NCBI GenBank assembly: GCA_951406725.2
Contig: OX597818.1
Coordinates: 102,238,001-102,302,000 of the forward strand
DNA: 64,000 nt
From: Octopus vulgaris
Lineage: Eukaryota
Direction of reading: 5' to 3'
Shown one piece after another: positions 14,700 to 25,894 of this stretch. The notes beneath the pieces were generated by a model. That model worked only from the letters and a program-made list of their open reading frames with translations. It was not told the origin of the DNA and did not search any database. Within the stretch, counting starts at the first letter, position 1. Every line of letters begins with the position of its first letter. The position numbers were made by a program, and so were the translations under genes.

Positions 14700-15014
14700 A
14701 AGCCTACGGCCTGCTGGAACGCTCGGCTGCACCAGTCGTATGAATGCAGTAGTTGCTGGGGGAGGGGGTCAGGTGCCACAGAGCCACTGTTTCCCTTACA
14801 CTTGGTGATGTGACACCGAACTGAGTGAAGTTTGGTCCCACTTATACAGAATTATCAAAATTTCGTTGATATCAGCAAACACACATACACACTTACGTAG
14901 TTAGGTGTCACGTCACCAATTCTAAGGGGAACAGTGATCCTGTGACGCCTGGCCCCCGGCAACTACCACATCCATGTGACTGGTGCAACAAGCGTTCCAT
15001 CGAGCTGTAAGCTT
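14700..15014. repeat. Diverged ~125-bp inverted repeat (fold-back)
   Basis: 14700-14831 aligns with the reverse complement of 14891-15014 (GGAACGC, TGCACCAGTC, GTAGTTGC, CACTGTT, TTGGTGA.GTGACACC.AACT). Confidence 0.85.
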
Positions 15015-16031
15015 GTGAACACAGGCCCACTGACAGGGTGGAGTCTGCCTGGTGGTGTCTTAATATCCGTGAGTTTAAGGACCCGGAAACAAAATAAACT
15101 TAAACCCATTTAAATTCCCACTAGATCTCGTTTGGAAGATAATAAAAAATATATTGCGAAGTTGAACCCGGGATAATTTGTCTCGAAGAGGTGGATGCAA
15201 TGAAATAGACCCTTCTAAAGTTGAAGCGCTGAGATATTTATACTCGTACCTAAAACAATAAATAAGACTTCGCACAAATGGTAAAATATCAATGAAAATA
15301 TTTCCGTTAGCCTTCACGTGAGGAGAGGGAAGCTTATTGTCTCCAATATCAGAAAGTGGCGCAAAATAGGCCTCGGCAGGATTTTAAATGAACGCACATT
15401 CCCATGGGTGGTGAATACGCACTATGTAAATTTATGTGACGATCAGTTGGTAAAGAATGAGATAATATCCCTTAATTACTAGTCAAATAAAAATGTATGT
15501 ATGCTTAAATATATTCACACTAGCCATAACATGCTTCGATAAGCATACAATAGACACACACACACATATATATGTATATATATATATATATCTATATATA
15601 TATATATATACAGAGAAACGCATGGACACACACACGTACGCGCATATGGATTATATGTACTCAGTTAACTCTTTTCATAATTAGAAGAATAATACATCAT
15701 ATATACTTATATTCGTATTAGCATTTACGTATTTACTCCTCGTGTTGTGAAGAAAAACTTACTGTAATTCATTACAGTAATTAAAAACAAACATATTAGT
15801 TAATTAGGCCGCCCTTATGTTGGGGAACATTTCATTTTTACAACATCTTGTACTCATGAAAAGTAATGTAGAAATGATTGAATGAATAATTAAAAATGAA
15901 GCACCAGCAACAGAATAGCTCCTATTTTTTAAATCGATACTTGTGTCAGAAGTATCCTCAAAATTAGTGGCATCCTATTTCAATTATGGAATGATTTTTA
16001 AGCTGTTCATCTTACATTTTGTGTTTGTGTT

Positions 16032-16145
<114 letters not shown>

Positions 16146-16453
16146 TATATATATATACATATGCATATCTATGTATATACATACATACATATATACATAC
16201 ATGAACATTCAAGTTGATATACAGTCATGTCGTTCACGCACACCCGGACACATTGGCACACGTTCACGTCGATATATTGTACACGTTTGTATACCTTTAA
16301 GGTAGTTCAGTCTCTACAATGTGACCATTCCAGGACACCGCACTGAAGAATTTTTAATCTAACCTAGAATTTATTTACTTTTTAATGCCCGATGGCTCAT
16401 ATTTTATCGTCATATATGTGTGTGTATACATGTACACACACATACCCACACGT

Positions 16454-16500
<47 letters not shown>

Positions 16501-16602
16501 CACATATATTTATATATATGTAATTAAATTAATGACTTACTACCGCAACCGACGAAATTCTTCGTGTTATTTTTCCTTAATATATATATATATATATATA
16601 TA

Positions 16603-17051
16603 TCCATGGCTCTTTGAGCCGTTACCAGTCTCTTCTCTTCTCTCTTTTTGGTAGCCCATGTTTCACTACCATATAACATTGCAGGTCGTACTGTACTGTT
16701 GATGTGTTTGGCGCCTCGTTGAGAGACCACATCAGTAACGCGATCATCAGAAAGAAGTCCGGCGTGAGGGATGTCATCGCAGAGTATACACGCAGCAAGT
16801 TTAGATGGGCTGGACACGTCGCCCAGCTCACCGATAATCGGTGGAATCGCGCAGTTGTCGAGTGGTACGCGCGCGGGGGGGAATCGGCCACTCGGAAGAC
16901 CTCCACGAGGGTGGAGTTACCATTTTAGGAGGACGATTGGGATCACGTGGATGAGAAAGGCGCGATCCAGAGAGGAGTGGACAGCATGCTGTGACTAGCG
17001 GTGTCAAATGCCCCCCCCCCCCCGACGGACTGGTCTGTCAAGGTAATCAAT

Positions 17052-17055
<4 letters not shown>
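16603..17055 (+). mobile_element. RTE-clade LINE 3' fragment with an inverted 5' segment
   Basis: Minus 16603-16702: NSTVRPAMLYGSETWATKKREEKRLVTAQRAM. Plus 16704-16998: SLRDHISN..IRKKSGVRD..KFRWAGHVA..NRW..RPLGRPP.W..AR.REEW. Confidence 0.85.
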
Positions 17056-17097
<42 letters not shown>

Positions 17098-17101
<4 letters not shown>

Positions 17102-17540
17102 ATGTAAAAAATGAGCGCAAAAGAAAAATTCTAATGCCAAATATACCGAAAAAAAGACAAAAATTGTCAATAACCATTATAATTTATGTGTCTCAAAACA
17201 AACCGACAGATATTTCTAAAAAATCTGTTATTACCGTATTGGTCCCAATTTCGGGGTTAATTCATAAGAATTTTCCCATCTTCAGCGATAAATACGTGAG
17301 GTATAAGTGAAATACTTACTCATACCCATGGAAAAAGCGAGCACTAAGTCCTGAGCAGACCTAAGTACCCCAAATATATCCAAAATAGAAAATCTTCGGC
17401 ACATCTCGAGACACGTATGATTCGAACTAGAAACTTTCACAGAGTGATAGAATCCGGAAGTGAACACTATTCAATTTATAACTAATGTAGGATAAGATCT
17501 TTCTCCAGAAAAAAATTTTATCCTACATTAGTTATTACTT
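17098..17540 (-). mobile_element. ORF-less HHR-bearing element (solo pLTR or retrozyme-like) between two (TA)n tracts
   Basis: Contains a canonical HHR; 18-bp perfect hairpin at 17478-17535; terminus homologous to 23680-23730. Confidence 0.65.
17231..17291 (-). ncRNA. Canonical type-I hammerhead ribozyme
   Basis: TTATCG CTGAAGA T GGG-AA-AATTC-TTAT-GAATT-AA-CCCC GAAA TTGG-GA-CCAA TA CGGTAA. All core nucleotides and all three stems are present. Confidence 0.8.
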
Positions 17541-17890
17541 ATATATATATATATATATTGTTGCCAATCTACACATAACAACAGAGTGAACATTTTCTTA
17601 CGAGCTCCATATTATGCAAATCACCTCTGCCCATATTTACTGTTTTCCTGTCATGACATTTCGTTTTAGCTGGAAATCAAAATCATTTGTGCCATGAAGA
17701 TAATTTCCACATTTTCTACGTGTGTGTGTGTACGTTAATAGTTTTGCAACGGTGTGTATCTGTGTGTTTGTGTGTCTGAATGTGTGTGTTCTCTAGCCAT
17801 TATATGTTTTCTGCGTCATGCTAAGTATGGAGATGCACACGTATGCGTACACTCACACACAACGTATATGTTACACACATACAAATATGC

Positions 17891-17941
<51 letters not shown>

Positions 17942-17984
17942 GTATATATTTATATATATATATATATATATATATGTCTATATA

Positions 17985-18026
<42 letters not shown>

Positions 18027-18029
<3 letters not shown>

Positions 18030-18135
18030 GGTGTCCTGTACTCACATATATATATATTTATATGCATGTATATATACATGTAGATGTAGGTACGTACATA
18101 TATGTATGCATGTATGCATATGTTTTATTTATTAC

Positions 18136-18177
<42 letters not shown>

Positions 18178-18312
18178 TATATATATATACATATATATAT
18201 ATATAATGTAATAAATAAAATATATGCATACATACTTATATGTACGTACCTACATCTACATGTATATATACATGCATATATAAATATATATATGTGAGTA
18301 CAGGACACCACA
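18027..18312. repeat. Near-perfect ~110-bp inverted duplication around (TA)n
   Basis: 18027-18140 vs reverse complement of 18203-18312 (TGTGGTGTCCTGTACTCAC..GTAGATGTAGGTACGTAC..TTTATTTATTACATTAT). Confidence 0.9.
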
Positions 18313-18792
18313 CATAGACGTAGAACTCAACGAGAAACGTAAATATAAAAACAAGGGAACGGACTTTTTTTAACAACGAAAAAAACAGAACACAGGACAA
18401 ACAACACAAGGAACATTCCCCTTCATCAGCTGTCCCCGGTTCGACTCCATGTGTGTTTCGAAGGTAAGGACAGAAGACGCTCGCCGGACCGGTGCGAGGG
18501 AATTAAATAAAATTCCCTTGCAGAAGGATAAAAACAAGGAAAGAAAAAAATGTGACAAGAACAGGACGTAAAAGCAATACAAATAAAAATACGAATACGA
18601 AATAAAATACAAATATAAAAAATAGAGTACACATAAAGAATAAAAACAGGACAAAAGAACAAACATTGAGGGCCTTTTTTAGCCTAGACGAGGAAAAAAT
18701 TCAGAGCGCAGGAAATAAGTCGTCTTGACTTGTAGCAGGCTGGAGTGAAAAGGAAGTAGGGTCGACTCAGCTGTGAAGGAGATGTGGAGGAG

Positions 18793-18830
<38 letters not shown>

Positions 18831-18900
18831 GGAAACCGGAAAGGGGGAAAATAAGGAGAGAGACAGACAGTAAGGAAGGAAAGGTCAAGCAAAGGGTTAT
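18203..18900 (-). mobile_element. ORF-less PLE-terminus-like element flanked by (TA)n
   Basis: Pyrimidine-rich sense strand like the other PLE ends; contains CTGATGA and CGAAAC motifs; its 3' end is duplicated in inverted orientation. Confidence 0.5.
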
Positions 18901-19777
18901 ATATATATATATATATATATGTAGAAACTTACATACATACATTCATGCATACATACATAAATAATCTTCTCCGCAGATACTCTAAACAATAGAAAAAATA
19001 TCACAACACTTTTCAGACAAATGCGCACAATAAATAGTAAATTCCATATATTCGTAACCGCAGCTGCAATGTTGCTAAACACACAGCTATATAATGTTTT
19101 CTGCATTTATTTCTTTCGAATTAAAATTAAGCTCTAAAAATCCTGACAACCAAATATTTTTTCTCTTCGTGATTGCAGTGATTCGGTTATTCTTTAGAAT
19201 ATTCAGCATATTATATTTATTTTGCTCACAGTTTTTATCAAATTTTCTTTGTCCGTTCAGCAAACATGCGATTTAATTCACCCGAATATTTTTATAACAT
19301 TTTGCAAGTTAAAATTACTGTCTGGATTGTTGCAAATTACAGTGACATCTTTTCGATATTTCAGCTAAATGGTCCCCTTTTAGAATTGTATCATGCGCTC
19401 GGACATTCAATGTTGCTTTTTCTTTTGTTTTCTTTGTTCACTAAGTCATTGAACTACAGAGCCTACCAAAGTTGGATAGAAATCCTCCCCGATTCGGAAC
19501 TGGTGTGATCCAGTCAGCATACGAGGATAAAGTAGCTTTCAAATTTTCGGACATTACGCGCTTCAACGAATTTAGAACTAATCCAGCGAACAACGAGCCG
19601 ATTGCAGAATGGCAAAACAACGAAGGAAAGTATCACCACATATAGAGGTATTTTCATAAGGTACAGTAATATCTCACGGGCCGATTCAATCTCATATTAT
19701 GATTTCGGTACTGATCTCCAACTGGACAACTGGAACGATGTGATGAGCATTATGCACAATCTTACTTAGAAGTCGTT

Positions 19778-20150
19778 GGAGTGGCTGTGTGACAAGTGGC
19801 TTGCTTACCAACGACATTGTTCCGAGTTCAATCCTACTGCGTGGCACCTTGGCAAGAGTCTTCTACAATAGCCTCGGGCCCACAAAATCCTTAGTAGACG
19901 GGAACTGAAAGAAGCCAGTCGTATATATGTATGTATATACATGTATGTGTGTATATGTTTGTGTGGCTGCGTTTGTCCCCGCAACATCGCTTGACAACGG
20001 ATGCTGGTGTGTCTACGTCTTCATAAATTAGCGGTTTGATAGAATAAGTACTAGGCTTACAAAGAATAAGTCCTGAGGTCGATTTGCTCTACTAAAGGCG
20101 GTACTCCAGAATGGCCACAATCAAACTACTGAAACAAGCAAAGAGAGAAA
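19778..20150 (+). mobile_element. SINE family A
   Basis: GGAGTGGCTGTGTG..GCGTGGCACCTTGGCAAG..GACTGAAACAAG-like tail. Confidence 0.85.
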
Positions 20151-20493
20151 TAAGCCGAGAGGAACCTATGCTTGAACGTCTGACAGACTTGGCAACCACT
20201 TGCATTCATCCGTCTCATATTACCTCCTGACAGACGTACTTTTACCTTAGTGCACATTTCATCGAATAGGAACATATGCTCTTCTTCCTGTTCCTATGGA
20301 AAAGAAGATTTCGTTGGTCACGTATACTCCAGCGATTGCTTCACGATGAGTGAGTTTGGTGGCCGTTTGTTAGATTCGCTTTTATGCAGAACTTCTCTTT
20401 GCGTGAAGTGAATATATGAATCTCCCACTGCTGCTTTTCTTTGTAATGTCTTGAATATTATTCGCTGCTCGTGATGCCAATGAAGAAAATGTT

Positions 20494-20552
<59 letters not shown>

Positions 20553-20567
20553 TATCATTATTACTGA

Positions 20568-20762
20568 CGGCAGAATCGTTAGCTTGCTGGATGAAATGCA
20601 TAGTGGTATTTCGCCCGTGGTTACGTCCTGAGTCCAAATTCTGCGAGGTCGACTTTGCTTTTCGTCTTGATAAATTAAGTGCAACTGAAACACTAGAGTC
20701 GATATAATGGTTTAGCGCCCACCGCCAAAATTTGAGGTTTTGTGCCTCCAGTAGAAAGGATT
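20568..20762 (+). mobile_element. tRNA-derived SINE family B (Nin/Deu-domain-like)
   Basis: GGCAGAATCGTTAGC..GAGTCCAAATT..GAGGTCGACTTTGC; homologous to 54931-55120. Confidence 0.7.
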
Positions 20763-21013
20763 ATTGTTTTATCTCTCGACCTTTTTCTTCGGATAAATAC
20801 TGTGCGAACTGACAGCAGTCAGAGGTCTCGCAGGCTCTGTTTCCGCACGTTATAAGCTTTGAAACATGTTTATTAATTATCTTAGGAGACATTCAACATC
20901 CAAGTAGCATTCACAAAATCCTGTCTCCAGCAGAGGAGTTTCTTGGAAGTGCTCCGATTGCTTCTACAACTTCTGAAACAACAGATACTCCTCATAGTCC
21001 ACATCCCTGCAAC

Positions 21014-21054
<41 letters not shown>

Positions 21055-21055
21055 G

Positions 21056-21092
<37 letters not shown>

Positions 21093-21359
21093 TATTATTA
21101 GTATTAGTAGTAGTAGTAGTAATACAGCAGCAGCAGTAGTAGTAGTAATACAGCAGCAGTAGTAGTAGTAGTAGTGTCATTATCATTATTTTGAAAGCAG
21201 TGAGGAGGGGGAATTTCGCCGACGCCAACTTTGCGGTTCATCCATTTCGTGTCGATGAATGAAGAACCGGTGAGACATTACAGTCGATGTAATCGACTCG
21301 TCCACTCACCCAAAATGTTAGGCCCTGTGACTAAGGTCGAAAGGATTGCTATTATTATT

Positions 21360-21399
<40 letters not shown>

Positions 21400-21410
21400 C
21401 CACCACCACC

Positions 21411-21457
<47 letters not shown>

Positions 21458-21464
21458 AAACATT

Positions 21465-21502
<38 letters not shown>

Positions 21503-21512
21503 TATCATCATC

Positions 21513-21598
<86 letters not shown>

Positions 21599-21622
21599 TA
21601 TTATTATAATTATTTTTTTTTA

Positions 21623-21675
<53 letters not shown>
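21014..21675. repeat. Compound (CAT)n/(TAG)n/(CAG)n/(CAC)n/(ATT)n microsatellites flanking a degenerate family B SINE (21192-21346)
   Basis: Directly visible; GTCGATGTAATCGACT..GGCCCTGTG matches family B. Confidence 0.85.
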
Positions 21676-21676
<1 letters not shown>

Positions 21677-22409
21677 GAATGAGAATGCAAACAGTTAAAA
21701 TCATAAACCATGGAAGCCACTACCTATTGAGTGAAAAAGCAGTATATGCCATCAAAAGGACACTGACGTACAAATATATTAAGCTGAAGATACCCATCAT
21801 GACTACCCGTCTAATAATGGAAAACCAGGCACATGCATCACAATCATATGTGCGCAACATGGTGGTCTCATATCAAGATTAACAGCGCATGACTTTGGCG
21901 GTGAATAATCGCTGAATAAGGTATGTTTAAGCATAGTGAACGACACACCCACGTTTCCAAAGGTGAATTATCCAAACCCTAAAGAATTCCCCTCAGCACA
22001 TAGCTATCATGCTCCCCCACTACTTCTACTCGTGATCTGAGATGCGTATATCGACAGCCACTAAGAAACTTGCTCAATTGGTTAAGGCCAAACAACAAGT
22101 AAATTTGTGGTATTGATCAGAATATTTGCTGTCGTCCAACTATTATACCAATAGAAATCAATATACATAAAACAATCAGTTAAGATCAAAAGCCACGAGA
22201 TAGTTTCGAGCAGATCTTCAGAAGCGATAAGAAGCCGAAAGGGTATGCTCCCACTTTCAGTGTTTTCAAATCCAAACCAAGGAGTTCTGAGCTGATGATA
22301 GAAATGTCGAGTTGACTAATCTTGAAACGTACGTTCTCAAATAACCTTTGCATTTGATTTTTTAATGTCTTTACCCCCATACTTTCGTGAGTTGAATTGA
22401 GCAAACACT

Positions 22410-22622
22410 ATATGAGAGAGATTTTCTTTAAGTATTAGAAATAGGTTTAAAAAAGTTTTTTTAGCTACTATTTCTAATGAGTTCAGTATGTGGCAAAGTA
22501 ATTTATTTTACTAAGCCCTTTTATATAATGTAATAATTTGAATTCGCCTTAAATGGTCCCTTTACATACTGAACACTTGGTGAAATTGATTAATAATTAA
22601 TTAATTTTACCCTCAATTGTTG

Positions 22623-22626
<4 letters not shown>
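22410..22626 (+). repeat. Dispersed repeat abutting (TA)n; second copy inverted at 57293-57470
   Basis: GAATTCGCCTTAAATGGTCCCTTTACATACTGAA..TTTTACCCTCAATTGTTGAAA is present in both places. Confidence 0.85.
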
Positions 22627-22701
<75 letters not shown>

Positions 22702-22709
22702 TATTTATT

Positions 22710-22920
22710 TGCCCTTCTCAATCCTAGCAAGGCTCATGGGCCCGGTTTCCCGGTTTCTGTGAGGTATATGTTGCCCTCAGCTGGAGGGGACACCACCACC
22801 CGCTACCGTAGAGCTTTTAGGTGTTTTCGCTCAATAAACACACACAACGCCCAGTCTGGGAACCGAAACCCCGATCCTCCGACCACGATTTAGCTGCTCT
22901 AACCACCGGGCCTTTGCGCT

Positions 22921-22922
<2 letters not shown>
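22710..22922 (-). mobile_element. SINE family C, internally deleted
   Basis: Reverse complement: GGCCCGGTGGTTAGAGCAGC..GGTTTCGGTTCCCAGACTGGGCG..GAGCGAAAACACCTAA..GAAACCGGGAAACCGGGCCCATGAGCC. Confidence 0.8.
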
Positions 22923-22966
<44 letters not shown>

Positions 22967-23525
22967 CGCATATATATATGTGTGTATATATACACACATA
23001 TACATATATGTAACATACATTTGGCAACTTTTCAATTTGATCAAGTTGCGCATCTTGTTCGCAAATATTCCACAATGGATTTACGTTTGGCACTTATGCA
23101 TTAAATAAAACACCAAAGCTTCTCACTCATACCGTTACTATATATGAATAACAACTCTGTTGTCTGAAAAACAGAACTCTGGAGAAAATAAATACTTTTG
23201 TCGTGTCAGATATTACGTAACAAAACTATACATGTCATTGCTATTACATACAACTATCTGATGTCCGATATTTCCATGATTATTAAGATGTAGATCACAT
23301 TCCAGTCATGACCACTTGAGTATTTCGTAGTATTTCGTTTTGTCAAGTACATGTGCTATAGAAAGAAAAGTGTTTCACTAATAAAATTTTGAACTTTTGT
23401 CATTTGTTATCGAATTCTATTCACAGATAAAGAAACTCACACATGCACGCACACGCACACATACAAATACAAACATATACTTACATATAAACATACATGC
23501 ATGCATACACACACTCATATATGTG

Positions 23526-23571
<46 letters not shown>

Positions 23572-23634
23572 TGTATTTCAACCCTCAGCTGTAGCCATAC
23601 TTCGTTTTCATGTGTGTGAGTCTCTGTGTGTGTG

Positions 23635-23679
<45 letters not shown>

Positions 23680-23682
<3 letters not shown>

Positions 23683-23788
23683 ACTTATAAACAAGGGCAA
23701 AAGAAAACATTTCTAATGCCAAATATGCCGAAATGTATGGCATATTTAGCGTCAGAAATTTTTCTTTTTGCCCTTGTTTATAAGTTGT
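23680..23788. repeat. 50-bp-arm hairpin made of an element terminus, within (TA)n
   Basis: ACAACTTATAAACAAGGGCAAAAG..AAATATGCC / GGCATATTT..CTTTTTGCCCTTGTTTATAAGTTGT, 9-nt loop. Confidence 0.9.
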
Positions 23789-23870
23789 TCATAAATTTAA
23801 CCTTTCAAGGTATTTTTGTAATATGCTGGCCACTGATAATTTTTTTTGTCGAAAATGTTTATCGTATATT

Positions 23871-23919
<49 letters not shown>

Positions 23920-23921
<2 letters not shown>

Positions 23922-24360
23922 TAGCGGTACATCATTTGTGCGATGTGGGTAATATAACGCCAGAATTGCCCAAACGACCTGAACATTAGTTTCAAAGGTT
24001 CATCCGAAGCTGGGACCACAAGCCATCCGCCCCTGCCCAATTCAGGATCACAACACATAGATACACTGCGACATAATTTCTTTTCCTCAACAGGCCCGGC
24101 TCTGTTTAACATTGTCCCTAAACTGACTAAAGAGGAAAAGGATCCCGTCAGTTTTAAACGGAGTCTGGAAGGATTTCTTGAAGGGATACCAGATAAGCCA
24201 TCCATACCTGGATAAAAGTAACTCAACAAGAACACACAGTTGAATGGACCATAAACAGAACTTGAATTAAAATGATTTAGATAATTCTATCAGGTGGTGC
24301 TATTAAGTTATTCATGGCCTGGACCATTCTTTGGTCGAAATATAGTTCTAAGATTTAAGT
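23920..24360 (+). pseudogene. CR1-group LINE 3' fragment
   Basis: TLRHNFFSSTGPALFNIVPK..DPVSFKRSLEGFLEGIPDKP resembles NSLGFKGPQLFNILPK..FKSKLDIFLSIVPGEP of the large LINE. Confidence 0.7.
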
Positions 24361-24453
24361 TTATATATATATAGCGTGCGGTACCTATGAATAATAGTAA
24401 CCTCTATATAATATATATATATATACCTATATATATAGATAGATAGATAGATG

Positions 24454-24500
<47 letters not shown>

Positions 24501-24552
24501 GGATGGATAGATAGATAGAGAGAGAGAGAGAGATAGTTAGATAGATAGATAC

Positions 24553-24966
24553 ACTTTACTCTCTCTTTTACTCCTTTACTGGTTTCAGTTATTTGACCGC
24601 GGCCATACTGGAGCACCACCTTTAGTCGAGCACATCGACCCCGAGACTTATTCTTTGTGAGTCTAGTACGTATTCAGTCGGTCTCTTTTGTCGAACCGCT
24701 AATTTACGGGGACGTAAACACACCAACATCGGTTGTCAAGCGATGTTTGGGTGGGGGTCAAACACAAATACAAGCACATATATATATACATATACATATA
24801 TGCGACGGGCTACTTTCAGTTTCCGTTTACCAAATACCCTCACAAGGTTTTGGCCGGCCCGAGGCTATAGTAGAAAACACTTGCCCAAAGTGCAACGCGG
24901 TGGGACTGAAACCCGGAACCATGTGGTTGGTAAGCAAGCTACTCACCACGAGCCTCTCTTGCGCCT
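24553..24966 (-). mobile_element. SINE family A, full length
   Basis: Reverse complement of the family A consensus from head (AGGCGCA) to (GTAAAAGA) tail. Confidence 0.85.
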
Positions 24967-25058
24967 ATTTCTTTCTTCTCCAAATTTCTATTATGAAACA
25001 CAACTGTAAAAGGACAAAACTAAATACAGAAAGGTATTCAGTGCATTACCTCACCATT

Positions 25059-25894
25059 TCTCACCCAGAACACACCAAGCTTTCCATCCCCTATTCCCAA
25101 TTCCTCCGTCTACGTAGGCTCTATAGTGACGACCATGACTTTGAGACTCAGTCTCAACGTATGGCTCACCACTTCACCCTACGTGGATACCCCCTCACCA
25201 CTCTCCACACCGCCCTTGCCAGAGCACGGTCCGTGGACCGTGTGTCTGCTCTCTCTCCCCGAACCCGCCCTGTAGTCTCCCGCCTCCCTTTTCCCCTCAC
25301 TTACCACCCCACGACCCTACGTCTCCAACGCACCATTCTTCGAGCTTTCCGTCATCTCCAGTCTGACCCATCCACTTCACACCTCTTCCCTAACCGACCC
25401 CTCCCCTCTTTCAAACGAGCCCACAACCTTCGAGACCTTTTGGTCCATAGCTCCTTCCCTGACACTACCTCCCAACCCGGCTCGTTCCCCTGCTCCCGCC
25501 CACGTTGCCGCACTTGCCCTTACCTCTCCAACACCACCCGCCTCACTAGCACCCACCATCGACCCTATCCTATCATCCACTCCTTCACCTGCACCTCCAG
25601 CAACATTATCTATTGCATCTCTTGCTCTCTCTGCAATTCCTTGTACATCGGACAAACGGGACGCCGCTTGGCTGACCGGTTCGCGGAACACCTTCGTGAC
25701 ATCCACCTTGCGAACGACACACCGGTCTCACGCCATTTCCGCTCCACCGGTCACTCCTTGCAACACCTATCTGTGTTCGGTTTGTCCTTACACAGAGGCC
25801 ATCCGGATTCCCGTTTGCGCCGTGAACAGGAATTAATCTTCTCTCTTCGCTCTTATACGCCATTTGGTCTCAACTCTCCCCCCTCCTCATCTAA
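25059..25894 (+). CDS. PLE RT thumb + Zn knuckle + GIY-YIG endonuclease (truncated; original stop probably frameshifted near 25894)
   Basis: SHPEHTKLSIPYSQFLRLRR..RGYP; LTYHP; CSRPRCRTC; FTCTSSNIIYCISCSLCNSLYIGQTGRRLADRFAEH; VSRHF..H; REQELIFSL..PFGLN. Confidence 0.85.

Noticed and set aside
21680-22180. Probable interspersed repeat next to the (ATT)n tract
   Set aside because: Single copy in the window with no diagnostic motif; cannot be classified from the sequence alone.
22200-22295. CTGAAGA..GCTCGAAAC (minus) and CTGATGA-TA-GAAA (plus) as hammerheads
   Set aside because: No stem II and no stem I pairing can be formed.
23830-23866. CTGATAA..GTCGAAA as a hammerhead
   Set aside because: Core mismatch without a compensating change, and no helices.
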